NCBI GenBank assembly: GCA_965662895.1
Contig: CBFIJH010000013.1
Location: 1-61,645 of the forward strand
Reading direction: 5' to 3'
From: Candidatus Poseidoniaceae archaeon
GTDB taxonomy: Archaea; Thermoplasmatota; Poseidoniia; Poseidoniales; Poseidoniaceae
Length of the DNA: 61,645 nt
Below are positions 28,826 through 39,156 of this stretch, one piece after another. The translations under genes and the position numbers were made by a program. Below the pieces are notes generated by a model. That model was not told the origin of the DNA, did no database searches, and saw nothing but the letters and a program-made list of their open reading frames with translations. Within the stretch, counting starts at the first letter, position 1, and the number at the start of each line of letters is the position of its first letter.

Positions 28826-29563
28826 TCAATCGGATTTTTTACGACGAACTGTGAAACTTGTCTTGGTTGCGACAACATCGTCCTGAATCTCATCACCACC
28901 GAGAATCTTGTTGACCTTCTCCTCGTAGATGTCAAGCACAGATGTTGACTTCGCATTCCATGGTGTATGGTTGCGACAGATGAGATACACTTCTGAGGAG
29001 GAATTCCTTGAAGCCTCGGGTGAAAATCGCCGAACGTAGGAGAAATGCGGTTTGACGGCTTCAATCAGTTCCTCAACACCTACGCCTTGGAACAGTTTCG
29101 TCACGAACCAACCGCCACTGCAAAGCAATGGCAATGCAAAGTCAAACACTTTTGCAACAAGCGTCATAGCGACAGCTTGGTCGACGTCCCATTTGCCGGT
29201 GATGTGCGGTGAAATGTCAGAAACAACCGAGTTGACCTGACGGTCCCCGAGTTCCTTGACAATTCGTTCTTGCGTCATCGGATCGGTAATGTCCCCAACC
29301 ATTAGCAAAGCACCATCAACAGGTTGGCAGGGTTCAAGGTCAACACCGACAACAATGCCGGATTCACCGACCTCTTCGACTGCGACTTGAGCCCAGCCGC
29401 CGGGGTGACAACCAACATCAAGAACAACATCGCCTTCTCGCATCAATTCAAATTTGGCTTGAATCTGCTTAAGTTTGAAAGCTGATCGGGCTCGATATCC
29501 ACTGGCTTTGGCTTGACGACGCCATGAATCACGTTTGTGATTCTCAATCCAGTGGTCTGCCAT
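28826..29563 (-). CDS. rlmE: 23S rRNA Um2552 methyltransferase RlmE/FtsJ
   Basis: YRARSAFKL, DVGCHPGGW, SDISP, K-D-K-E tetrad, SSEVY. Confidence 0.95.
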   Translation of the reverse strand: MADHWIENHKRDSWRRQAKASGYRARSAFKLKQIQAKFELMREGDVVLDVGCHPGGWAQVAVEEVGESGIVVGVDLEPCQPVDGALLMVGDITDPMTQERIVKELGDRQVNSVVSDISPHITGKWDVDQAVAMTLVAKVFDFALPLLCSGGWFVTKLFQGVGVEELIEAVKPHFSYVRRFSPEASRNSSSEVYLICRNHTPWNAKSTSVLDIYEEKVNKILGGDEIQDDVVATKTSFTVRRKKSD

Positions 29564-29666
29564 GGACGCTCCCCAATTGACCCTGCGAGAAATCGCAGAC
29601 ATAACTCCTTCCGTAGAAAATAGGCGCAAACGATGAGATGAAGGAGGTCGGATGGGTGGCCTGACT

Positions 29667-30596
29667 ATGGGCGCAGCCAGAAAGGCGATTCTCCTGTGTT
29701 GCATCATGGTCTTGATGCCACACGCAAATGCCAGCTCCATCGAACCGGAAGATTGGGACGGTTCGATTGTCGTTGAGGGGGGTTACAGCATCCTCGTTGA
29801 AGAATACACGGCAACATGGTGCCCAAGATGCGCTGAAATCGATCCAGATTTAGGCATCGTCGCCCAAGAACATGGAACACGTATCGCTATGGTATCCTAT
29901 CATCCAGATGATGGTGTGGACGCATTTGCCCCAGAAGCCGCCCAGCATCGTCTCGAGCGCCTGGAAATTCAGCATGGGAAAACACCAGGCTATCCCTCCT
30001 TTGTGGTCAATAACGGTCAACTACGTCAAGATGTTGAATCCTGGCCGGATGTTCAAAGCGACATCCTTCGCGCTGAATCGAATCAACGAGAGTTCACTGA
30101 ACTTACAGTAACTGCACAAACCAATGCAACCCACCTAACCGTGACAGTTATGCCGCCAAAACAAAACGATGTTGTCAATGAAACACAATTCACCGTACTC
30201 TTTGTCGAACACAAAAAAACCGTACCTTCTGGATTTGAAAATCCAGGTGAGGACCATCGCGACAGAGTGCTTGTGGGTCTGGCTGAGTTCCCAATGGAGG
30301 GTGAGATGATCGGTATTGGCGCAAGTATTGACGCTCCATTCGTTGCATCCTACCCAATTCAGAGCATCGAAGAATGGTCGGTTATCGTCGTGCATGAATA
30401 CACCGATGAAGCATTAAGGAATCGAAGCATCGTGGACTCACAACCATTGGGCGTTGTTCAAATTGCGGTGCAATCCCCAGCTCTCGAGGAGGGGAATCGG
30501 GTTCCAATTCTCCTCCCAGTCATGATCTTTATCGCAATAGGTGCCCTCGGACTCGTCTCGGCTAACATGAAGGAAAAGGTACAAGAAGAGGAGTAA
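29667..30596 (+). CDS. exported thioredoxin-fold protein (Omp28-like) with C-terminal TM anchor
   Basis: Signal peptide, VEEYTATWCPRC, GYPSFVVN, TM followed by charged tail. Confidence 0.75.
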   Translation: MGAARKAILLCCIMVLMPHANASSIEPEDWDGSIVVEGGYSILVEEYTATWCPRCAEIDPDLGIVAQEHGTRIAMVSYHPDDGVDAFAPEAAQHRLERLEIQHGKTPGYPSFVVNNGQLRQDVESWPDVQSDILRAESNQREFTELTVTAQTNATHLTVTVMPPKQNDVVNETQFTVLFVEHKKTVPSGFENPGEDHRDRVLVGLAEFPMEGEMIGIGASIDAPFVASYPIQSIEEWSVIVVHEYTDEALRNRSIVDSQPLGVVQIAVQSPALEEGNRVPILLPVMIFIAIGALGLVSANMKEKVQEEE

Positions 30597-30603
30597 AGAT
30601 AAC

Positions 30604-30631
30604 AAAATACTGCTGATTTCAGCAGTATTTT
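30604..30631. terminator. 13-bp perfect inverted repeat AAAATACTGCTGA-TT-TCAGCAGTATTTT (terminator or operator)
   Basis: Starts 8 nt after the stop at 30596; ends in a T run. Confidence 0.5.
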
Positions 30632-30699
30632 TCGAGAATCCGGAAAGGCCTGAAGCAAATGACCCATTCATTGATAAGGTAGGACGTGCATGTAATATC

Positions 30700-30963
30700 A
30701 TGGAAGAAACATTTGGTACGAGCAACCGTGATGACCACGTCAAAGAATGGATGGTTGAGTTCATTGCGATGGTCAACGGAGAGAAGCACCATCACCTCTC
30801 GGTTTTGTACGGTACGGATCAAGAAGATGTTCAGAGAGCAATGCTTCACGAGTTGCGCAGAATCTACACGGATACGGATCGAATTGACGTCACCATAGTC
30901 CGGCTCGAAGAAATCGAATCGGAGGGAGAGGGAGCATTTTTTGAAGGAATCTTCATTCCTTAG
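30700..30963 (+). CDS. hypothetical protein
   Basis: 87-aa acidic ORF with TTGATAA box about 25-30 nt upstream. Confidence 0.7.
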   Translation: MEETFGTSNRDDHVKEWMVEFIAMVNGEKHHHLSVLYGTDQEDVQRAMLHELRRIYTDTDRIDVTIVRLEEIESEGEGAFFEGIFIP

Positions 30964-31541
30964 GCGATTGGCCCATAATCGATGAAAATCTCTTGACCTT
31001 CAAGAAGGATGAAGTGATCGTAAGTGTCAACAACGGAGACGTTGCCATCTGCATCACGAACACTCATGATCATATCATGCGTCTCATTGACACGGTAGTC
31101 GAAGATTCCAGTCTCATCGAAATGTTGCCCCCAAATGTCGAAGAAGACACCCAATTCTACCGATTCATTTGTTTGCATCTCAAGGTGAAGTTTTCCGTCC
31201 GAAGAGTGCGTATGGACGACATGCATGTTGGCACCCGGTTGGTTGCACCTACCAGTGTTGACTCCAGTGTTCTCTGGAATGGTGACGAATTCACCGTTCA
31301 CACGAACGGTGAGATACATGTGCTCGTGACGAGTCAAATCCCCATGGGTAAGACAATTCGACGCGAGGGGATGAATTTCATCCAAGGAGGAAGGAAGCGT
31401 TTCAACGGACGAACTCTCCTCATTCTTAGGAGCATCCTCGCTTTCATCACCAAATGAGAGAATCCCCGCTTGAAAGGAGACCACCAGCAAGGCAACAATC
31501 GCTATGACGGTGATAGCAGCATCACGGTTCACGTGGATCAC
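30960..31541 (-). CDS. membrane-anchored His/Cys-rich exported protein
   Basis: N-terminal TM; CLTH..HEH..IPENTG..C..VHTH..GKLHLE..LGVFFDIWG. Confidence 0.75.
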   Translation of the reverse strand: MIHVNRDAAITVIAIVALLVVSFQAGILSFGDESEDAPKNEESSSVETLPSSLDEIHPLASNCLTHGDLTRHEHMYLTVRVNGEFVTIPENTGVNTGRCNQPGANMHVVHTHSSDGKLHLEMQTNESVELGVFFDIWGQHFDETGIFDYRVNETHDMIMSVRDADGNVSVVDTYDHFILLEGQEIFIDYGPIA

Positions 31542-32155
31542 TTCCTTGACTTTTTGATGTCAGGCGCCCAGTTGTCGGATTCTTCCAGTCTGAAGAGGAG
31601 GAAAAATCCAACGAGAGCGATGATGTTGGTGATGTGGGCAACGGTACAAAATGGGCAAATGAGGCCTTCTTTGATTTCGTAACTAACGAGCAGCATAATG
31701 ACTGGCAGACCTGCGAGGGTTGCCCCAATTCCTGCTTTGATGAAGAGAGGCGTTTGTGGTGACATTGGCTCCTTTGCAATCGTGATGACAAGCCACAATA
31801 GTGCAGTAAATGCCACCATACCAACCAAGCCCCACGGCTGGCCGAATAGAGGGTCAGTATTGTAGGCGGCATTTCCGATCAATCCATCGCAGTTCAAGAT
31901 TGAATTCCCGGAGCAAACGCTTGCCCCTTCGGAGAGTTTGTTGTGCATCCATAGCGTTTGAGCTGAGACCGTAAAGCCTCCTAGACAAACAAAAACCATT
32001 CCAGCAAGAATTTCTCCTCTGCGGGTGGTTGTTGCGGGATATCTGTTGTGAAGCATCGGTGAGAGGCTCGAACCCATTGGTGACATCAACAACACACCAA
32101 ACAGAATGATGGCACCATGAATCGAAAGAATCGCATATTCGTTCACTTCACTCAC
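31538..32155 (-). CDS. vitamin K epoxide reductase (VKOR) family protein
   Basis: Loop cysteines CSGNSILNC, FGQPWGLVG, active site ICPFC..AH. Confidence 0.9.
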   Translation of the reverse strand: MSEVNEYAILSIHGAIILFGVLLMSPMGSSLSPMLHNRYPATTTRRGEILAGMVFVCLGGFTVSAQTLWMHNKLSEGASVCSGNSILNCDGLIGNAAYNTDPLFGQPWGLVGMVAFTALLWLVITIAKEPMSPQTPLFIKAGIGATLAGLPVIMLLVSYEIKEGLICPFCTVAHITNIIALVGFFLLFRLEESDNWAPDIKKSRK

Positions 32156-32891
32156 CTCCGTTCAGCATAGTGAGTTGTTCAATGGCCTCGTTCAGTTGAA
32201 CGTAACCATCATCAAATCCATTGAGCGAAATTGATTTTTCTTCCTTCGCATCCCAACCAACGGAATTGGTTGCTTGATTGCCGTTCCATGCAACGATTCC
32301 ATCCGGCTGAACCAAGAAATAGGAAGGTGTTGCTCCGACATCCCAATCCTTTGCAATGCTGATGTCCAAATCATCAACGAATTGGAAGTTGTTGTTGTAT
32401 TGGGAACGGAATTCGACGATTTCTGCTCGAGAAGATTCTGAAACAAACTCAACAGCAACTGCAACGAAGATAACATCAGGGCCTACCCATTGTTCCGCTG
32501 AATACATTTCAGCCCACTGGCCAACATCCGGGGCGGATTGTTTGCAATAACCACAATCGGTGTCCAAGAACTCAACAGCAATCCATGGTGAGTCTTCCGT
32601 AGAATTCCAGGTCCAAGACGTGTCAAGAAGGTCCTCAAAATTGAACGATTTCCAACTCGATCCATCGTATGCATCCGCCGTAAAAATCGGTGCGCGTTCA
32701 CCAATTTGTGTACCGGAAGCAACAGGATTTGTTGTGAAAGCAACAATCAATATTCCAGCGAAGAACATCGACATTACGATAATTCCTGCATCCGAACGTG
32801 CGCTTGCTTCTTGGTTTTCAAGTAATGAGTTCATGTTCTCACCAGTTTTTGCGAATTCATTCTCATGCATAAGACCGACGGTTTGATTCAT
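32148..32891 (-). CDS. membrane-anchored redoxin/TlpA-like thioredoxin-fold protein (start uncertain)
   Basis: TM, IGERAPIFT, TDCGYC, ATPSYFLVQPDG. Confidence 0.82.
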   Translation of the reverse strand: MNQTVGLMHENEFAKTGENMNSLLENQEASARSDAGIIVMSMFFAGILIVAFTTNPVASGTQIGERAPIFTADAYDGSSWKSFNFEDLLDTSWTWNSTEDSPWIAVEFLDTDCGYCKQSAPDVGQWAEMYSAEQWVGPDVIFVAVAVEFVSESSRAEIVEFRSQYNNNFQFVDDLDISIAKDWDVGATPSYFLVQPDGIVAWNGNQATNSVGWDAKEEKSISLNGFDDGYVQLNEAIEQLTMLNGGE

Positions 32892-32901
32892 GATATCTGG
32901 A

Positions 32902-33846
32902 CTAATAGTCGAGACCGATCTCTTCAATGAGGACACGAGCAGTATGACGAACAGCATCTTCACTGTTGAATTTAACATTGAATCCTGTCGAAAGCATTTT
33001 CTCGATTGACAGCATTGCACGAGGAATATCACCCGCCCATCCCCTTGAGCCACCTGTGTAAGCAATCGCAGCGTTTGTGTATCCTGTCTCTTCGATAACG
33101 ATTTCTGCAATTCGACGAACACTGCATGTGTCATGACTTCCCAAATTAAAGAGGTTCAGCGGTTCATTCTCAGTCTCCATGACGTGAAGGATTGCATCAA
33201 CACAATCACCAACTTCCATGTACGATTTCTCTTGACGTCCATCTCCCAGAACTTCGAGCTCGTTTGGATTTCGCTTGAGTTTGTGGATGAAATCAAAGAT
33301 GACACCATGCGTACCTCGGTCACCAATGATGTTGGCGAATCGGAAAATGTAGCCTTGCAGGCCAAATGTACCAACCCAGCTACTGACCAACGACTCGCCT
33401 GCTGATTTGCTAGCACCGTAGAGAGAAATGGGCATACATGGGCCGTGATCTTCTGGTGTTGGCATCGGGGCGTTTTCACCATAAACGACCGATGAAGAAG
33501 CGAACATGATGGTCGGGACATTATGAATTCTCATCGCTTCAACAACGTTGTACGTTGCAATGGTGCCTTGTTTCAAATCAGTGTCTGTAATTTGAGTCCC
33601 TAGACGAATGTCAGGATTTGCTGCAAAATGATACACAATGTCCACACCCTCGAAATGAGGCGATATCGCATCAAAATCGGTAATGTCTACCTGGGCATGT
33701 GTCACGTTCGATGTATGGTGGGAAAGAAACTCTGCCTTACCACTGGATAAGTTATCGAGAACAATGACTTCATCACCACGAGCAACCAATCGGTCAATCA
33801 GGTGTGAACCAATGAAACCGGCACCTCCTGTAACAATGCTTCGCAT
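32902..33846 (-). CDS. NAD-dependent nucleotide-sugar epimerase/dehydratase (GalE-like)
   Basis: TGGAGFIGS, ASSSVVYG, YGASK. Confidence 0.93.
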   Translation of the reverse strand: MRSIVTGGAGFIGSHLIDRLVARGDEVIVLDNLSSGKAEFLSHHTSNVTHAQVDITDFDAISPHFEGVDIVYHFAANPDIRLGTQITDTDLKQGTIATYNVVEAMRIHNVPTIMFASSSVVYGENAPMPTPEDHGPCMPISLYGASKSAGESLVSSWVGTFGLQGYIFRFANIIGDRGTHGVIFDFIHKLKRNPNELEVLGDGRQEKSYMEVGDCVDAILHVMETENEPLNLFNLGSHDTCSVRRIAEIVIEETGYTNAAIAYTGGSRGWAGDIPRAMLSIEKMLSTGFNVKFNSEDAVRHTARVLIEEIGLDY

Positions 33847-33972
33847 GGGTTGCCGTTGACTTCCTTAATGTCAAGTTTTGCTTTCTTGGCGATAATTCAG
33901 AGGGTTCGATTGTTTGATAATCTTTGACGAAAATGTTCGTTCTACCTCACCAAGTGAGGGGATGTGTTGAAC

Positions 33973-34224
33973 ATGAGTAAAACAAAGAAAACCGAAACGA
34001 AGCAAACCGAAGAAAGCCGAACCATGTTGGTAGGATACGTTCGCCGCAGCAATGCTGGCGGAGCGATCAAATTGTCCATTAACACCGCATCGTTCGCAGA
34101 CTGTGAAACCTACGAAACAAGCGATGGGGAATCCTATGTCCCTCTCGTTGTGTCCATGGCTGCACTCCAGCGAGTTATCGCTGGTGAGCGAGCAGTCACG
34201 ACTGTTTCCCAACTCCTCGATTGA
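33973..34224 (+). CDS. small hypothetical protein
   Basis: LVGYVRRSNAGGAIKLSIN; GAGGGG SD-like sequence upstream. Confidence 0.75.
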   Translation: MSKTKKTETKQTEESRTMLVGYVRRSNAGGAIKLSINTASFADCETYETSDGESYVPLVVSMAALQRVIAGERAVTTVSQLLD

Positions 34225-34280
34225 TTCATAGAGGAGTACGGTGAAGTAGGTAACCATGCACAAAGAGATGCATGTCGCCG

Positions 34281-34328
34281 GACACAGTTCAATCCCGGTT
34301 GAACAGTGTTCCTTTTTTGAATTCAAAA
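34281..34328 (+). terminator. hairpin plus T-run, overlapping palindrome TTTTGAATTCAAAA
   Basis: ACAC-A-GTTCAA-TCCCGG-TTGAAC-A-GTGT then CCTTTTTT downstream of the 34224 stop. Confidence 0.4.
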
Positions 34329-34379
34329 CCCTGAGTATTTCCAGTATAACTATATATTCTATATTTTTGAGGAATTAAC

Positions 34380-35309
34380 ATGGAGACCGATTCTGGTCAT
34401 GCACGTATCGTTGCTGGCATGCCCATGTACAACGAGGAGGAGACCATTGGTACCGTTGTTACAATGGCTTTGCGCCACGTCGATGAAGTCATCTGCATCG
34501 ACGACGGTTCCTCAGATTCAAGCGCCCGAATTGCGGAGGCTTGTGGCGCAACTGTGATTCGACATCGTGGAAACCAAGGGTATGGTGCTGCACTCAAGAC
34601 ATTGTTCAGGGTAACTCGTGAGAGTGATGCTGACGTTCTCGTCGTGCTTGACTCCGATGGCCAGCACGACACAGCCGACATACCAAAATTGATTCAACCT
34701 ATTCTCGATGATGAAGCTGACTTCACCATTGGTTCTCGATTTATCGAAGGCGGGGAAGGAAATGACATGCCGGCTTATCGACGACTCGGAATCAAAGTTA
34801 TCACAGCCGCAAGCAATCTCACAAGCGATTTGGGAATCAAGGATACACAATCAGGATTTCGCGGATTCTCAAGAAAAGCCATCGACCGATTGCGATTCGA
34901 TTCTGATGGAATGGAACTCTCGCTCGAAATGCTCGAGGATGCAAAGGAAAAGCAACTTGCGATTCAAGAAGTTCCAACTGTGATTCGTTACGATGTTCCC
35001 AAAGGATCCAACTTTACTGCGATTTCGCACGGATTCACGGTTCTTACATGGGCGCTGCTTTCACTTTCACAAAAGAAACCCTTGTTGACCCTGGGGATTC
35101 CTGGCCTTGGGCTCCTCGCTACTGGAGCGGCCATGGGGATGAATACAGCTCAAGAATTCACGGCTCAAATCGATTCTGTTCTCGGCCAGGGTCTCACCGC
35201 TGTGTGGATTGGTGTACTTGGACTGGCGTTAATTGCAACTGGTTTTATCCTTCAGACTGTTCGTGGATTCTTGCGGATATTGTTGGTGCGTGAATTTGGT
35301 CTTGATTGA
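34380..35309 (+). CDS. GT2 glycosyltransferase (polyprenol-phosphate sugar synthase-like) with two C-terminal TMs
   Basis: PMYNEE, IDDGSSD, LDSDGQH, IGSRF, DTQSGFR. Confidence 0.92.
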   Translation: METDSGHARIVAGMPMYNEEETIGTVVTMALRHVDEVICIDDGSSDSSARIAEACGATVIRHRGNQGYGAALKTLFRVTRESDADVLVVLDSDGQHDTADIPKLIQPILDDEADFTIGSRFIEGGEGNDMPAYRRLGIKVITAASNLTSDLGIKDTQSGFRGFSRKAIDRLRFDSDGMELSLEMLEDAKEKQLAIQEVPTVIRYDVPKGSNFTAISHGFTVLTWALLSLSQKKPLLTLGIPGLGLLATGAAMGMNTAQEFTAQIDSVLGQGLTAVWIGVLGLALIATGFILQTVRGFLRILLVREFGLD

Positions 35310-35356
35310 ACTCAAGTCGTCGGATTGTTCTTCAATTGAAGACGGTTGGTTGACTC

Positions 35357-38263
35357 ATGGCAGGACAACTCTCTGCAATCTCTGAGAGTTTCCGCAGGAT
35401 GACAAAGCCCGCTCGTGAGAAGATGGAAGCGTGGCAAAGCGAGATTAATTCGTATGCTCGAGAACGAACGGAACAGCTGTACCGAACGGTCCTTGCATCA
35501 CCTGCAATTTTCGTATTGTTGCTCGTTGTTATCGCAGCATTCCTCGGCCAAAGTGGCCTTGATTTTCAAGACCAAATCGAGGACGATGTCGAAATCTTTC
35601 TTCCAGATGGCGCAGAATCCACAGACCTGCTTCTCGAAGTTCGTGAAGAGTGGTCGACCGACATCGCTGTGATTTACATACAAACAGACAATGCCCGATT
35701 GGGTGGTGGTTTGGGCGATAACATCACCGATGAAAAGATCCTTCGAGAGATAAGTTATATCGAGGGTGATGATGACAACGTGGGCGGATCGAGCACCGGA
35801 CGTGGAATGGACTATGACAAGGAAGATTATGGTGCAAAAGATGGCGTCTTGTGGATTATCTCGCCTGCCCAGGTCATGAAAGAAATCAACTCTGCAGATG
35901 GCCGTTTCAATGAATCAATGTGTGTTCATGGCGTCAACACTCGTTTGCCCGTCGATTTTGAGTGTGAGTTTTTACCGGAAGGCGGTCGATATGCGATTCC
36001 TGATCAGCAAACCATCGATCAAATTATTCAGAATTCAAGCGGTGCGTTTGAAGCCCTCATCAAGGATACGAACGACAACGACCTTTCCGTCGACAGTGAT
36101 GGTGATGGAGACCCTACCAACGATATGGATGGAGACGGCATATGGGATACAACCGCCGTCATTGTTGGAATGCGTTCAGATGTCCCTGAACAATGGGGTG
36201 AATTTGACCAATTGTTGGACCATTTCGATGAGATTATCGATGATAGACCATTGGATTACCAATCGACCAACATGACGGTTACAGGTTTGACAAAAACACT
36301 TGAAGACGTCTCCGATGCGATTTATGATGACCTTGTAAAAATGATGCCGTACTCGATTCTATTTACGATTCTCATTATTTCCTTCCTGCATCGCTCAGCA
36401 AAAGTTGTCGTCATCACAGGTACGCCAATCCTGCTTGCATTAGGTGTCACATTCGGAGCCTCAGTGGTCCTCAAGTGGACACTGACACCAATGATTGTTG
36501 CAACGTTTCCTATTCTCATTGGACTGGGTGTTGATTATGCGCTTCACATGGTGAACCGTATTGAAGAGGTGCGACGCAAAGAAGTTGAGAGAGTTCTGGA
36601 AGAAAACAACACTCGTCGCCGTCAAGGGAAAGATCTCCTTGAGGAGCCAGACATTTGGGACAAGGAATTTTACATTCGCTGTGTGACTTCAATGGCCGGC
36701 TCGACAGGTGTTGCTGTTTTCCTCTCTGCCTTGACAACCATGATTGGGTTCTCGGTCTTGATTGCCCCAACCATCGTCAACATAGCACCAATTCGGTCTG
36801 TCGGGCTCACCCTTGTCGTTGGAATATTGTCAACACTCTTGTTTTCAATTATCCTCGTCCCTGCACTCGCTTGGATGCTTCGGTTTCACAAAAGAACCAA
36901 TCCAAGTATGTGGAAAAACATCGGCAAAGTCCCAGTCCGTTACTTTGTTGTCATTCTCTTGGTCTCATCGAGTGTTACTGTGTACGGCATTGCCAATTTG
37001 GACGAATTGAATGAGCCAATCACTGGTTCCAGTGAAGCGCCAGAAGGGATTGAATCACTTGACAAAATAGCACAATATTCTGAGCAATTTGATAGCGGGC
37101 AAACCTCGATGTTTGTCTTTGATGCTACAAATCGTTTGAATGATAATGGAACTTCAAACATTCGGGATTTGCCAGTTATGGATGCTATTGATCGTCTCGA
37201 ACAACGAATCGATGCAGTTGAGAGTACCAATACAACAAGCATTATCACGTTCCTGAAAGCGGTTCCAATCAGTATCCAATTAACCGACAATGTTGTACTC
37301 TACGAAGGCTCACTGTGGGATTTGCTTCATGATGATTGTTGGGAAAGCAACGACCCGATTGAATGCAATGTATGGCTTGGTCTCGAAATAACTGGACCCG
37401 ATGGCCGAGAAGGTTTGCGTAGAGACATGGTCAATGTCGCATTCGACACCCTTTCGCTTGAAGTTCGCTCGATGCTCCTCAACCAGCAAGAAACGAAAGC
37501 AATCATCTATGTTGACCAACCCTACATGAACCTCAACATTGCTTCTGACTTGCGCGATGAAATTGATGAAATCCTCTCAGAGCCTCCAGAATTGCAACAA
37601 ACGAGAACGTCCAAATTAACAGGAGGACTTCCAGTCTCATTGGATATCAACGAGGGGATTCACGACACACAGTCGAGAACAACCATCCTCACCATGCTCA
37701 TTTTGACCATTGTTTTGGCCATCGTCTTCCGTTCAATCCGATTGGGGATTGTGACCATGGTTCCAGTTGCAGTCGTCATCCTGTGGCAACCACTTCTGAT
37801 GCAGAGTGGAGATGTCAACGTCAACATTTTCACAGCTATGATCGGAACAATTGTGTTTGGAATTGGCGTTGATGACGCTATTCATGTGATGCATCGAATT
37901 CAAGAAGAAGGTGAAAACTCAAAGGGTATTGCTCATTCTATAGAAGAAACAGGACAAACGATTTTTGAGACGACGATTACAACAGTTGCAGGTATATCTG
38001 CTGGATTTTTGGCAGCATTCCCTGGCTTGGAGAATTTCTTCATGCTCATGTGCTTGCTCATCATCTTCGCCTTCGTAACCAGTTCCTTCCTTCTACCAAG
38101 CATCATTGTTGCCGAACATACGGTTCGAGACTTGATCAAAGGTCGGACAACATTCGGAGAATTCATTCGTGGTGAAGACCCATGGAGAGACATGTCCGGA
38201 GATATGACCATTGCCAAAGCATCGGAATTGAAGCCTGTTGACGCTGTTCTCGATCAATCATAG
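35357..38263 (+). CDS. MMPL/RND family transporter
   Basis: GLGVDYALH and GIGVDDAIH motifs, duplicated architecture. Confidence 0.9.
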   Translation: MAGQLSAISESFRRMTKPAREKMEAWQSEINSYARERTEQLYRTVLASPAIFVLLLVVIAAFLGQSGLDFQDQIEDDVEIFLPDGAESTDLLLEVREEWSTDIAVIYIQTDNARLGGGLGDNITDEKILREISYIEGDDDNVGGSSTGRGMDYDKEDYGAKDGVLWIISPAQVMKEINSADGRFNESMCVHGVNTRLPVDFECEFLPEGGRYAIPDQQTIDQIIQNSSGAFEALIKDTNDNDLSVDSDGDGDPTNDMDGDGIWDTTAVIVGMRSDVPEQWGEFDQLLDHFDEIIDDRPLDYQSTNMTVTGLTKTLEDVSDAIYDDLVKMMPYSILFTILIISFLHRSAKVVVITGTPILLALGVTFGASVVLKWTLTPMIVATFPILIGLGVDYALHMVNRIEEVRRKEVERVLEENNTRRRQGKDLLEEPDIWDKEFYIRCVTSMAGSTGVAVFLSALTTMIGFSVLIAPTIVNIAPIRSVGLTLVVGILSTLLFSIILVPALAWMLRFHKRTNPSMWKNIGKVPVRYFVVILLVSSSVTVYGIANLDELNEPITGSSEAPEGIESLDKIAQYSEQFDSGQTSMFVFDATNRLNDNGTSNIRDLPVMDAIDRLEQRIDAVESTNTTSIITFLKAVPISIQLTDNVVLYEGSLWDLLHDDCWESNDPIECNVWLGLEITGPDGREGLRRDMVNVAFDTLSLEVRSMLLNQQETKAIIYVDQPYMNLNIASDLRDEIDEILSEPPELQQTRTSKLTGGLPVSLDINEGIHDTQSRTTILTMLILTIVLAIVFRSIRLGIVTMVPVAVVILWQPLLMQSGDVNVNIFTAMIGTIVFGIGVDDAIHVMHRIQEEGENSKGIAHSIEETGQTIFETTITTVAGISAGFLAAFPGLENFFMLMCLLIIFAFVTSSFLLPSIIVAEHTVRDLIKGRTTFGEFIRGEDPWRDMSGDMTIAKASELKPVDAVLDQS

Positions 38264-38757
38264 ATTCGAGCACGCCACATCGCAGCTGCGAGAAGAATGA
38301 ACAAACCGAAAGCAAGACCAAGTCGAACATCGAGAAGAGCAGCCTCACTCTCTCCTGTTGAGGTCCCGATTGTGTTGTCTGGTTCTTCTTCATCGGCAGG
38401 CGTCTCAACATCAACAACGGTTACTGAACCCGTCATGCCAACTGCTTCATGAGGTTCGCAAAAGAAACTGTACGTTCCTGCAGACTCGTAATCGAAAATG
38501 TGGCCATAATCAACAGCACGCTCAGGATCGCCTGAGTCAAAAACTCCGTTCTCTTCAACTGAATTGTGAGGAAGTGCTTGTCCACCCCAAACAAATCGAA
38601 GTGTATCGCCTTCATTAATGGTCAATGTTGAAGGTGTAAATCGGAGATTAGTACTGTCGACAGTTACGACGTGAACTTCAGTTTCTTGCTCATCCTCAAG
38701 GACAAGATTTCCTTGGAGCAAAAGGAGGAGGACTGTTGCAATGAGGGCTGCTCGCAT
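38254..38757 (-). CDS. blue (type 1) copper protein, plastocyanin/halocyanin family, C-terminal TM
   Basis: PHNS...YSFFCEPHEAVGM copper ligands H-C-H-M. Confidence 0.92.
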   Translation of the reverse strand: MRAALIATVLLLLLQGNLVLEDEQETEVHVVTVDSTNLRFTPSTLTINEGDTLRFVWGGQALPHNSVEENGVFDSGDPERAVDYGHIFDYESAGTYSFFCEPHEAVGMTGSVTVVDVETPADEEEPDNTIGTSTGESEAALLDVRLGLAFGLFILLAAAMWRARIYD

Positions 38758-38811
38758 GAGAGTTAATTCCTGACCCGATATATGAACAACTGTTCCAAGG
38801 TTGATTACAAT

Positions 38812-39119
38812 GTGGAGGGAGTGAGGAGTAAGCCCCTTTTTGTTGCCGTTCGGTGACCGCATTCAACTTAGCATCCTACCTGTCCCTCTGCGTGCCGCAT
38901 CAACAGGACCATTTGGACTTGCTCCAGTGGGGTTGCTCGTTCCATCGACATTCAGGCAACCTCCGTCTTTCAACATCATTGTACACACCTGGTATCGTAT
39001 CGTTTCTGTGGCATTGACCTGACCATCTCTGATCTTTCACTTCTGTGAACCACCTGCACTATGGAGAGGGGACTTTCCTCAGAGTCGAACTCTGTCAGCG
39101 GTCCTCTCACTCCCTCCAC
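38812..39119 (-). ncRNA. rnpB: RNase P RNA
   Basis: Terminal helix GTGGAGGGAGTGAG/CTCACTCCCTCCAC; GAGGAAAGTCCCC; GCCACAGAAACG; GGAGCAAG; AACAAAAAGGGGCTTA. Confidence 0.95.
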
Positions 39120-39156
39120 GCGGCTGTCAATCAACTTCCATATGAACCCATCAGAT

